Shown: piece by piece, positions 26,101 to 38,100 of the stretch
How positions within the stretch are numbered: position 1 is the stretch's first letter
How the letters are laid out: each line of letters opens with the position of its first letter
Assembly (NCBI GenBank): GCA_030390025.1
Contig: CM059432.1
Coordinates: 5,208,001 to 5,272,000 of the forward strand
Reading direction: 5' to 3'
DNA length: 64,000 bases
Source: Squalus acanthias
Lineage: Eukaryota
The notes under the pieces: generated by a model
Databases searched by the model: none
Told to the model about the DNA's origin: nothing
The model's input: only the letters and a program-made list of their open reading frames with translations
Position numbers and translations under genes: made by a program

Positions 26101-29100
26101 ATACATTCTGATACGCTAGTTGCTTTTGCAATAATGTTCTGGCACTGGCCATGAACCTTTAGATATTTGAGTACTATAACACTGATGTCTCTTTCCCGCT
26201 CAACACACTTTAGTTTGGACACTGCACGGTATACACATGGTTGGCATTAGCTCTACCCAAGTGTGTAACGCTAAATTTCTCGAAAATAAATGACCTCTGC
26301 CAGACACAGGTCCATTCCCCCATCGCGTCTAGATCGGATTGTAGTTGTTTTTTTCCCAATCCAAGGTTCCAACACTCGCACAAATCCATGAATTTGCAGG
26401 CAGCTCCCCAACGTCTTCATCCAAATCATTGACAAAGATTGTGTCCAATCTGGGCAGCACACTTTAGGAAGGATGTCAAAGCCTTAGGGAGGTTGCAGAG
26501 GAGATTTACTGGAATGGTACCAGGAATGAGGGACTTCAGTTATGTGGAGAGACTGGAGAAGCTGGGATTGTTCTCCTTAGAGCAGAGAAGCTTTAAGGTG
26601 TGACCTGATGGAGGTGTTCAAAATCATGCACTATTTTGATAAGGAGAAATAAATGGGGAGAAACTGTTGCCAGTGGCAGAAGGGTTGGTAATCAAAGGAC
26701 ACAGATTGAAGGTAATTGGCAAAAGAACTGGAGGCAGCATGAATTTTTTACGCAGCGAGTTGTTATGGTCTGGAATGCACTGCCTGAAAGGGTGGTGGAT
26801 GCAAACTCAATAGTAACTTTCAAAAGGGAATTGGATAAATACTTAAAGGGGAAACATTTATAGGACTATGGGGAAAGAACGGGGGAGTGGGACTAATCGG
26901 ATAGCTCTTTCAAAGAGCCGGCACAGGCACGATGGGCTGAATGGCCTCCTTCTGTGCTGCATCATTCTATGATTGTGAAGATCAATGGTCCTATTACTGA
27001 TCTCTGTGGGACTCTACTAGTAACGGTCTTCTTGCAGAACTACTACCGTTGATAATAACCTTTTGCCCACGAGAATGCAATCAATTCCAACCCAAGATTT
27101 GCCAATGCAATCTCACAGGGCTCTGTCTCACAAAGTAGAATTAGATAGAATTTACAGCACAGAAACAGGCCATTCGGCCCAACTGGTCTGTGCCTGTGTT
27201 TATGATACACTCGAGCCTCCTCCCACCCTACGTCATCTAGCCGTCTCTGCATAGAAACAGAAAATGCTGGAAATACCCAGCAGCTCAGGCAGCATCTGTG
27301 GTGAGAGAGAAGCAGAGTTAACGTTTCAGGTCGATGACCTTTCGACATATCTGCATAACCTTCTATTCCTTTCTCCCTCGTGTACTTATCTCGCTTCCCT
27401 TCATTGCTATTCGCCTCAACTAATCCTTGTGGTGGCGAGTTCCACATTCTCACCACTCTTTGGGTAAAGAAGTTTCTCCTGAATTCCCTGTTGGATTTAG
27501 TAGTGACTGTCTTATATTAATGGCCCCTAGTTTCGGTTCGCCCCACAAGTGGAAACATCTTCTCTACGTCTACCCTATCGAACCCCTTCATAATTGTAAA
27601 GACCTCGATCAGGCCGCCCCCCTCAGCCTTCTCCTTTCTAGAGAAAAGAGCCCCAGCCTCACTGTGTCTCTCAAACTTTTCCTTTCAGCTTTTGCCAAGG
27701 CTGCCACCATACAAATTTCACTTTAAATGGTGGAAAATGTCCTTTGTGCCGGGGAGCCATTTCGCAGACGGAGCAATGTGCCACGGACATTGAGAAGTGG
27801 ATGATGACCAAGAAAGGAAATTGCAAAGGATGTGGCACTGAGGTTAGTGAACGAAGAGCAAACGCTTGGTGCTTCGGCTGCGCTTGTCGTGTTCGGGGTG
27901 CGGAATATACGAGTTTTAAACAAACTAGAGGTGATTTCTCGTACTTAGTCTGAGATACTGCAATATATAGAAAGTCTAACACAGCCCGACCGTCGGCATT
28001 ACGGTCTCGCAGCAAAGAGAAGACAAATGTATTCGAGAATTTCGAGCACACCTGAAGACATGGGCACATGAGTCCAGGTGTTCCAGTCCGCCGGTGTAAC
28101 AATGGCCGAGTGGGACCTTCCACCTGCTGGCCGGTTGGGCTTCTGAGCCCGTCCGAATTTCCAACGTTGGAGCCCAACTCCAAGAATCAGGCAGGATCCC
28201 ACGCCATTCAACAAAAGTGTTTTTATTTATTCACGGGGTATGAGTGTCGCTGGCAAGGCCAGCATTTATTGCCCATCACCTAATTGCCCTTGAGAAGGTG
28301 GTGGTGAGCCGCCTTCTTGAACCGCTGCAGTTCGTGTGGTGAAGGTGCTCCCACAGTGCTGTTAGGGAGGGAGTTCCACGATTTTGACCCAGCGACGATG
28401 AAGGATCGGCCGATATATTTCCGAATCAGGTTGCAATGAGGAAAGATTGGATAGGCTGGGGTTGTTTTCCTTGGAACAGAGGAGGCTGAGGGGAGACCTA
28501 ATTGAGGTGTATAAAATTATGAGGGGCCTAGATAGAGTGGATAGGAAGGACCTATTTCCCTTAGCAGAGTGGTCAACAACCAGGGGGCATAGATTTAAAG
28601 TAATTGGTCGGAGGTTTAATGGGATTTGAGGAGAACTTTTTTCACCCGAGGGTGGTGAGGGTCCGGAACTCACTGCCTGAAAGGCTGGTAGAGGCAGAAA
28701 CCCTCATCACATTTAAAAAGTACTTGGATATGCACTTGAAGTGCCGTAACCTACAGGGCTACGGACCAAGAGCTGGAAAGTGGGATTAGGCTGTATAGCT
28801 CTTTGTCGGCCGTCACGTCAAGATGGGCCGAATAGCCTCCTTCTGTGCTGTATATTTCTATGATTCTATGGTGTGTGACTTGGAGGGGAACTTGGAGGTG
28901 GTGTTGTTCCCATGCGCCTGCTACCCTTGTCCTTCTAGCTGGTAGAGGTCACGGGTTTGGAAGGTGCTGCCGAAGAAGCCTTGGCGAGTTGCTGCAGTGC
29001 GTCTGTAGATGGTACACACTGCAGCCACGGTACGCCGGTGGTGGAGGGAGTGAATGTTTAAGGTGGTGGATGCGGTGCCAATCAAGCGGGCTGCTTTGTC

Positions 29101-32100
29101 CTGGATGGTGTCGAGCTTCTTGAGTGTTGTTGGAGCTGCACTCATCCAGGCAAGTGGAGAGTATTCCATCACACTCCTTACTTGTGCCTTGTAGATGGTG
29201 GAAAGGCTTTGGGGAGTCAGGAGGTGAGACACTCGCTGCAGAATACCTAGCCTCTGACCTGCTCTTGTAGCCACAGTATTTATGTGGCTGGTCCAGTTAA
29301 GTTTATTTGCAGTGGAGCTGGGTCGCCCATTGAAGAGGTTCTGAAAAGTTACTTTGGAGCAGCAAGAGTGCCAGACAAAGAGGATCCTAATTGCCCCAAA
29401 AAGTTTCTCATTTCCCAAATGACCAGTTTTCTTAAGGCGCCCCAAGTTACACAGAGTGTACAGAAACAGAGCCATTCGGCCCAACTGGTCCGTGCCTGGT
29501 GTTTCTGCTCCACACGAGTCTCCTCCCACCATACTTCATCTCACCCTATCACCATATCCTTCTATTCCCTTCTCCCTCATGTGTTTATCCAGCCTCCCCT
29601 TAAATAGATCTGTGCTATTGGCCTCAACCACTCCCTGTGGTAGCGAGTTCCACATTCTCACCACTCTCTGGGTAAAGATGTTTCTCCTGAATTTTCTATT
29701 GGATTTATTAGTGTCTATCTTATATTGATGACCCCTAGTTCTGGACTCCTCCACAAGTGGAAACATCTTCTCTACGTCTACCCTATCGAACCCCTTCACA
29801 ATTGTAAAGAGCTCTATCAGGTCACCCCTCAGCCTTCTTTTTTCTAGAGTAAAGAGCCCCAGCGATGTTTTTAAAAAAGTGTTTTCATAACTAACATTGG
29901 AGTTGTAAAATATGCATAGTTTGTGCAAATGAATGCATGCACTTATAATGGCAATTTTTTGTTGGTTTAAAAACAATCTGAATTAATCTAAATGATAACT
30001 GATCTGCTTTGTGCAGTCGTACCTCCTCTTGGGGGCGGGGGGGAGGGTGTGGGGGCAACTCGGCAGAACTGGTGGGAACTCCGCTGGCTGACATTATCCC
30101 GCCGATCCCTCCTCTCCCAGTGATATCCACGGAGAAGGGAAAAGAGTGAAAAGCACCGCCCGCACCCCCCCACCTCGCCGCCACTTCCAGTGGAAACCCG
30201 ATGGACGACAAATGGGTCAGAAATCCGGTGAAACTGAACGCCATCCCGATTTCCACCCCTCCCCTCGCAAATATATCATCATTACACTGAAATAAAGTCA
30301 TGGAAATTTACGGCACGGAAGGAGGCCATTTGGCCCATTGTGTCTGTGCCGGCCGACAAAGAGCTCTCCAGCCTAATCCCACTTTCCAGCTCTTGGTCCG
30401 TAGCCCTGCAGGTTCCGGCACTTCAAGTGCATATCCAAGTATTTTTTAAATGTGATGAGGGTTTCTGCCTCTACCACCCTTTCAGGCAGTGAGTTCCAGA
30501 CCCCCACCACCCTCTGGGTGAAAAAAGTTTTTCTCAACTCCCCTTTAATCCTTCTACCAATTACTTTAAATCTATGCCCCCTGGTTATTGACCTCTGTTA
30601 GGGAAATAGGTCCTTCCTATCCACTCTATCTAGGCCCCTCATAATTTTATAAACCTCAATTAAATCTCCCCTCAGCCTCCTCTGTTCCAAAGAAAACAAC
30701 CCCAGCCTATCCAATCTTTCCTCAGAGCTAAAATTGTGCAGAGTTGGCAACATCCTCGTAAAAATCTCCTCTGCACCCCCTCTAGTGCGATCAAATGGAC
30801 ACAGAATATTGGGGGCCGTTATCTTCATTATTAGTACATTATTTTTGTTTGTAATGTCGCAGCGAGAATAGGGGTCGCGGCGGGGGGGGGGCGCGGGGGG
30901 GCTCCGTACTTAATATGCGCAACAGATTATTTCTTTTAAAGTTTGGCGACGTCATGACAAATGTCTCTGCTTCACCAGTTGTGAGTTTGTAAGGGGTTTG
31001 AGGATACAGAGTGTTGACTTCACTGTCGACTAACTACAGTAAACATACATGACCTTCATGCGGCCTCCAGCCCAAGTATTGGTTATAAGACCAAGATAAT
31101 GATAGGATTTTCTTTTCCAAACCCCCCCCCGCCACCCCGCCAATGTTTTTATTCAATTTCCTAAGAAATGCTTTCAAATAATAAATCTGAGAAACGGCAG
31201 AAAGTGCTACTTGTGTAATGGCAGTGTGGGATCTTATTCAGGTGTGCTTCAGCGACATGAGAGCGCACACGAGGACCTGCTCAAAGTACCAGGCGGACTA
31301 TGGTGTACCCTCTGAAGCCAGCACGCCACGTCAGTCAACACCTGCCACACACGGGTAAGATTCCAACCTGCCGCGAGAACAAAGATAACTAGTCTGTGCG
31401 ATACCAACTGAACACAGATTCACCCAGCCCCTCTGATGGCTCAGAGCCCTACATCCGGAGAAAGTCACACACTCAATCATTAACGGATGGGTACTATGAG
31501 TCCCACTCCCCCCTGCTCTTTCCCCAATAGCCCAGCACATCTTTCCTTTTCTAGTATTTATCCAATTCCCCTTTTGAAAGTTATTATTGAATCTGCTTCC
31601 ACCGCCCTTTCAGGCAGCGCGTTCCAGATCACAACAAGACTTGGAAAACATAGAAAAATAGGAGCAGGAGTCGGCCATTCGGCCCTTCGAGCCTGCTCCG
31701 CCATTCCACATGATCATGGCTGATCCTCTATCTCAATACAATATTCCCGCTCTCTCCCCATACCCCATAGACATAGAACAACTCACTGCGTGAAAAAAAT
31801 TCTCCTCATTTCCACCCGCCCCCCGCCCCCAGATCTTTTGCCAATGAGCTTAAATCTGTGTCCTCTGGTTACCGACCCCCTGCCAGTGGGAACAGTTTCT
31901 CCTTATTTAATTATAAATATTGGGAAGACCGAAGCCATTGTTTTCGGTCCCCGCCACAAACTCCGTTCCCTAGCCACTGACTCCATCCCTCTCCCTAACA
32001 TCTGTCTGAGGCTGAACCACACTGTTCGCAACTTTGGTGTCATATTTGACCCTGAAATGAGCTTCCGACCACATATCCGCAGCATAACTAAGACCGCCTA

Positions 32101-35100
32101 TTTCCACCTCCGTAACATCGCCCGTCTCCGCCCTTGCCTCAGCTCATCCACTGCTGAAACCCTCATCCATGCCTTTGTTACCTCTAGACTTGACTATTCC
32201 AACGCACTCCTGGCCGGCCTCCCACATTCCACCCTACGTAAACTTGAGGTGATCCAAAACTCTGCTGCCCGGGTCCTAACTCGCACCAAGTCCCGTTCGC
32301 CCATCACCCCTGTGCTCGCTGACCTACATTGGCTCCCGGTTAAGCAGTGCCTCAATTTCAAAATTCTCATCCTTATTTTCAAATCCCTCCATGGCCTCAC
32401 CCCTTCTGATCTCTGGAATCTCCTTCAGCCCCACAACCCCCCCGAAATATCTGCGCTCCTCTAATTCTACCCTCTTGAGCATCCCTGATTATAATCGCTC
32501 AACCATTGGCGGCCGTGCCTTCTGTTGCCTAGGCCCCAAGCTCTGGAATTCCCTCCCTAAACCTCTCCGCCTCTCTACCTCTCTTTCCTCCTTTAAGATG
32601 CTCCTTAAAACCTACCTCTTTGACCAAGCTTTTGGTCACCTGCCCTAATTTATCCTTATGTGGCTCGGTGTCAAATTTTTTTTTTGTAACACTCCTGTGC
32701 AGCGCCTTGGGACGTTTTACTACGTTAAAGGCGCTTTATAAATACAAGTTGTCGATGTTGTTTACTTTGTCAAAACCTCGCTCTCTCTATATATATTTAT
32801 ATATAAATTGTACCTATTTATAACTAAGTGGGTTTGTTTTGAAGGAAGTGAGGAGTAACGAGATGTCAGTGTCTGAGTATCAATGTCACAATTAAGCAAA
32901 CAATTTGAACCAGACTGTAAAGGAGAGATTTTCCTGGGTCTACACCGAGGTGCGCTGCGCTTCCTGAGAGAAACAAAAATCAGGAAATTGAGTGGGTTGG
33001 CGTGCACACCCGTACAGCAATAAGAACATAAGAATTAGGAGCAGGAGTCGGCCATATGGCCCCTCGAGCCTGCTCCGCCATTCAATAAGGTCATGGCTAA
33101 TCCTTTCACACTCAGCAGCATTGCGGGGGGTACCGTTATGTCTCACCATTCATTCACTGCAACTCACTAAGCCACTTCCAAAGGTGCACACAAATCTGCC
33201 CAAGAACGTAAAATGTTCAAAATAAAAATTTCAATGTTTGACAGCACATTAACAGAAACTTCACATAAACATTGGCTAAAACACACAAGTGCCTATCCTT
33301 GTGTGTTGTTAGTTGGTATGATTGGACTAGGATGAGGGTGAGTGTGAGGGGTGGCTAGTGAGATGGGGAAGTGATAATGTAGATAGAGAGGGATGGGTGG
33401 AGGTGCAAGGGAAGTTGGTGTGAGTAAGGATGTGCAGGAGTAGGGTAGGGAAGGCAGAGTGATGGGGATGTGATGAGTGGCACAGCAGGGTGAGGTTGAG
33501 TGTGGCTTGGCGGTAACGTTTCGTGATCTACTGAGATCATTGAAAGGTTTGCACCACTGCAGCCTGGTCCTCCTGACAACATCCCTGCTTGTACCCTCCT
33601 GTGCAATATGCAACCAGGCTGCGTTGGTGTCCTGGGGAGGTCTCTTCTGCCCATTGGAAGGGAAGAGATCCTCCCTGTATGCTGTGACTCCCTCCATAAG
33701 CATATGGAGGGAGTCATGGGAGAGCCTGGGTGCAGCCGTGCACCTCTGTACAGTGCTCGTCAGTGTTTGCAGCACCTCAATGCTGGAGAACACTGACAGC
33801 ACAACTGTCCAAGTAAATTTGTGCATGGTCCCTTTAAGGAAACCGGCTGATGACGTGTCATCAAATGACGTCATCAGATCCGCTTCCTCTAATTGGCCGA
33901 GAAACTCGCTGGGCGGGGCTTAACAAGCCCAATCAGGGGAAATTCATTACAGAGGCTGGGGTGGAGCCAGCAGCGAGGCCACGCCCTGCCACCTGACATC
34001 GCCCGCCATGGACCCGCCTGGGTAGGGGAAATCGCGGCTTTTGTTTCAGGTCTGCTGCTGAATGCTGATTCGCATGTGTTCGTTGCTGTTCTTTTATTGT
34101 TTAAACCTGGAATCTAAAAATAATAAAATGTAACATCTTTTTCGACTTTCAAGTTACACGGGACCAAATAGATCGATATACACCTGTCCGTATTGCCAAG
34201 AGAGGAACTATGATGACTGTGGCTTGGTGCAACACTGTTACACAAATCATTATTATGACACACGGCGAGTGGTAGGTGCTTTAATGTCACTTCTTCTTAA
34301 TCTTTATGTTGTTTTTGCGAAAACCTGAGGTCCCATCGCCAGGCTGGATCCTCTCACTGCTCAGCACTGAACCCCCTCCTGTGGTGATGTAGTAAAAACA
34401 TAAGAAATAGGAGCAGGAGTCGGCCATAAGGCCCCTCGAGCCTGCTCCGCCATTCAATAAGATCATGGCTGATCTTTGACCTCAGCTCCACTTTCCTGCC
34501 CGATCTCCATATCCCTTGATTCCCCATGAGTCCTAAAATCTATCGATCAGTCCTGAATATACTCAACGACACAGCATCCACAGCCCTCTGGGGCAGAGAA
34601 TTCCAAAGATTCACCACCCTCTGAGTGAAGAAATTCCTCCTCATCGCAGTCTTAAATGGCCGACCCCTTATCCTGAGACTGTAACCCCCTAGTTCTATGC
34701 CCCCTAGTGAGGCTGGATCCAAAGACAAAGAAAGACAAAGAAAGAAAGAAAGAAAGTAAGGAATATATAGCGCCTTTCACAACCTCAGGACGTCCCAAAG
34801 CGCTTTACAGCCAGGGAAGTACTTTTGAAGTGTAGTCACTGTTGTAATGTAGGAAATGCGGCAGCCAATTTGCGAACAGCAAGCTCCCACAAACAGCAAT
34901 GCAATAATGACCCGATAATCTGGTTTTTTTTGTTATGTTGATTGAGGGATAAATATTGGCCAGGACACCGGGGAGAACTCCCCTGCTTTTCTTCACAATC
35001 GTACCCACGGGATCTTTTAGGTCCACCTGAGGGGGCAGACGGGGCCTCGATTTAACGTCTCATCCGCAGGATGAATGATCCAATGCTTCTTGTGCTGGTT

Positions 35101-38100
35101 GCTGTCTGGCGACCCTGCTGATAATTAAGAGTTACATCATTATGTTTTGAATGTTCTTTAAAATCAAAAAGAAGGCAGTTCAACTGCATTGCTAACTGGC
35201 CCCGGGATGAGCTCCTTTGACAGTTACATATGGAGGCGATTACAGATTGGGAACTCAGAAAAGAAGGTCTGAGTAATTAGAATCTACTTGTAATTCTCCG
35301 AAACTAAAATAGATCTATTACTTTAAAAAAAGAATTAGGTCCTTGTGTTGGGCTGCTTTCTTGTACTTTTTCGTCTCGTTGCTTTAAACGCCAGATTATA
35401 CACGAGCTTAGTTGTAGCAATGCAGGATCAGGACTTTATTGAAACCTTATACTATCCACAACCAGTATGAGAGCTCTGTGAGACATCATGCTTCACGATT
35501 CCAGTGTGAGCTGCTGAACGGTGGTTCACTCACATCTCTTACACCAAATTTCACCTTTGATCAGTACATTCCATGCATACCACCAATAAATCAGAGTCCA
35601 TCAAAGATACATACAAATGACAAGAGAATAACAACAAACATGGGGGGAAAAATTCAGTATCGCCCCATTTGGGGCGCAATTGTCGGCCGGGCACAAAGAT
35701 TAGCGCCTGGCGCTAATTATCGCCTCCGACTGCAAACTTGGCTTTTATCGCCCCTGGAGGTGATTGGAGCACTAAATCAGGCGCTACACATCTGTCTTAA
35801 GGCGCAAAGGCCGAGGAGCGAGGCGCTACCTCAGAGCGCTGGCGAAGCTCATGTGATGTCAGTCAGCAATGGAACAGAGACACAATGGCCCCAGCCAGTT
35901 CTTAAAGGGGAGGGTTGATCTTGCTCTCCATCCACATCCTGCGCATTGCAGCCTTGAATCTCGGCCTGGAGAGACCTGTACATCAAATCTGCTGGAAAGA
36001 ACAATGGAGAGAACCAGGGAAAGAGCTCAGAGTGCAGCCCCCACAGTCTCTTCTAAATCGATACAAGGAAGGGCAAATCAAAATGAACCTGCAAAGTGCT
36101 GCTCAGTACCCAAAACTCCTTCGCACAGCATTGAATCTCTCCAGAAGTCTCTCTCTCTCTCAGAATGCGTGGTGAAAAAAGGCCCCCAACAAAAAAAGGC
36201 AGGAAGCGGTCGCCTTTAAATAGCGCTCCCTCAGTCCTTTCCTGACTGCAAAACGCTCCCCTCAACCTGTCATTGCAAGCGGCAGGCGGTAAGGCAGGGG
36301 GCGCCACTCAATATCCGCTCCGGGGCGTTACCGGGGCGTTGCGCACTCGACTGATGTCACGATCTGCCGGCGCAGGAGATCGTGGCGGTAGTGTTTAGCG
36401 CCGCCGCAAAATGTCTAGTTAATTTCGCAAGCGGCGCAAACAACGCCGCGCCCGGGCGCTAGTTGCTTTGCGTCCCATTAGCGCCCTCTTAAGGCACTAA
36501 CGGGAGGCGCAACCAACTGAATTTTTCCCCCATGCACTTTACTGCTCTAATTATTTTCTTGCTCATAGAAACATAGAAAAATAGGAGCAGGAGTCGGCCA
36601 TTCGGCCCTTCGAGCCTGCTCCGCCATTCAATATGATCATGGCTGATCCTCTATATCAATACCATATTCCCGCTCTCACCCCATAACCCTTGACGCCTTT
36701 TGCGTCTAGAAATCTATCTATCTCCTTCTTAAATATATTCAGTGACTTGGCCTCCACAACCTTCTGTGGTAAAGAATTCCACAGATTCACCAACCTCTGA
36801 ATGAAGAAATTTCTCCTCATCTCAGTCCTAAATGTCCTACCCCGTATCCTGAGACTGTGACCCCTCGTTCTAAAGCCCCCAGCCAGGGGAAACATCCTCC
36901 CTGCATCCAGTCTGTCTAGCCCTGTCAGAATTTTATACGTTTCAATGAGATCCCCTCTTATTCTTCTAAACTCTAGTGAATACAGGCCTAGTCGACCCAA
37001 TCTCTCCTCATACGACAATCCTGCCATCCCAGGAATCAGTCTGGTAAACAGCAGAATAGATACAGAACAGATAGTAAGTGCTTCTACAGGGATATAAAAA
37101 GGAAGAGAGTAGCTAAAGTAAACGTTGGTCCCTTAGAGGATGAGACTGGGGAATTAATAATGGGGAACGGGGAAATGGCAGAGACTCTGAACAAATATTT
37201 TGTATCTGTCTTCACGGTAGAAGACATTAACAACATCCCAATAATGGATAATCAAGGGGCCACAGGGAGGGGGGAGCTAAAGACAATCACTATCGCTAAG
37301 GAAATAGTACTTGGTAAAATAATGGGACTAAAAGACCTAAATTTTGTACAAACTAAGATCAGATTGAACTATAACCCCACATGGTATTTCTACCTGAAAC
37401 TTTGGACTCTTGTCTTGTAGGTCTGTCCTATCTGTGTATCGATGCCATGGGGAGATCCAAATTATTACAGCAGGAACTTTATTGCCCACCTTAGGCTGCG
37501 ACACCAATTTTCATATGATTTCTTCCTGGTAAGTGTAATTTCAAATCGTATTTATATACCGTGGATTGTGTAAAAGTTTTTATTTATTCATTCACGGGAT
37601 GTGGGCGTCGCTGGCAAGGCCGGCATTTATTGCCCATCCCTAGTTGCCCTCGAGAAGGTGGTGGTGAGCCGCCTTCTTGAACCGCTGCAGTCCTTGTGGT
37701 GAAGGTACTCCCACAGTGCTGTTAGGTAGGGAGTTCCAGGATTTTGACCCAGCGACGATGAAGTAACGACGATATATTTCCAAGTCAGGATGGCGTGTGA
37801 CTTGGAGGGGAACTTGGAGGTGATGGTGTTCCCATGCGCCTGCTGCCCTTGTCCTTCTAGGTGGTAGAGGTCGCGGGTTTGGGAGGTGCTGCCGAAGCAG
37901 CCTTGGCGAGTTGCTGCAGTGCATCTTGTAGATGGTGCACACTGCAGCCACGGTGCGCCGGTGGTGGAGGGAGTGAATGTTTAAGGTTCTTTGAATTCAC
38001 CTTGTTTATCATTGTGTGTGGATTCAGAGCATTGAGCAACAATGAATTGACTGCATGTACCCAAGAACACAAACTATGTAAAGTTGTACAAAAGTTACGA

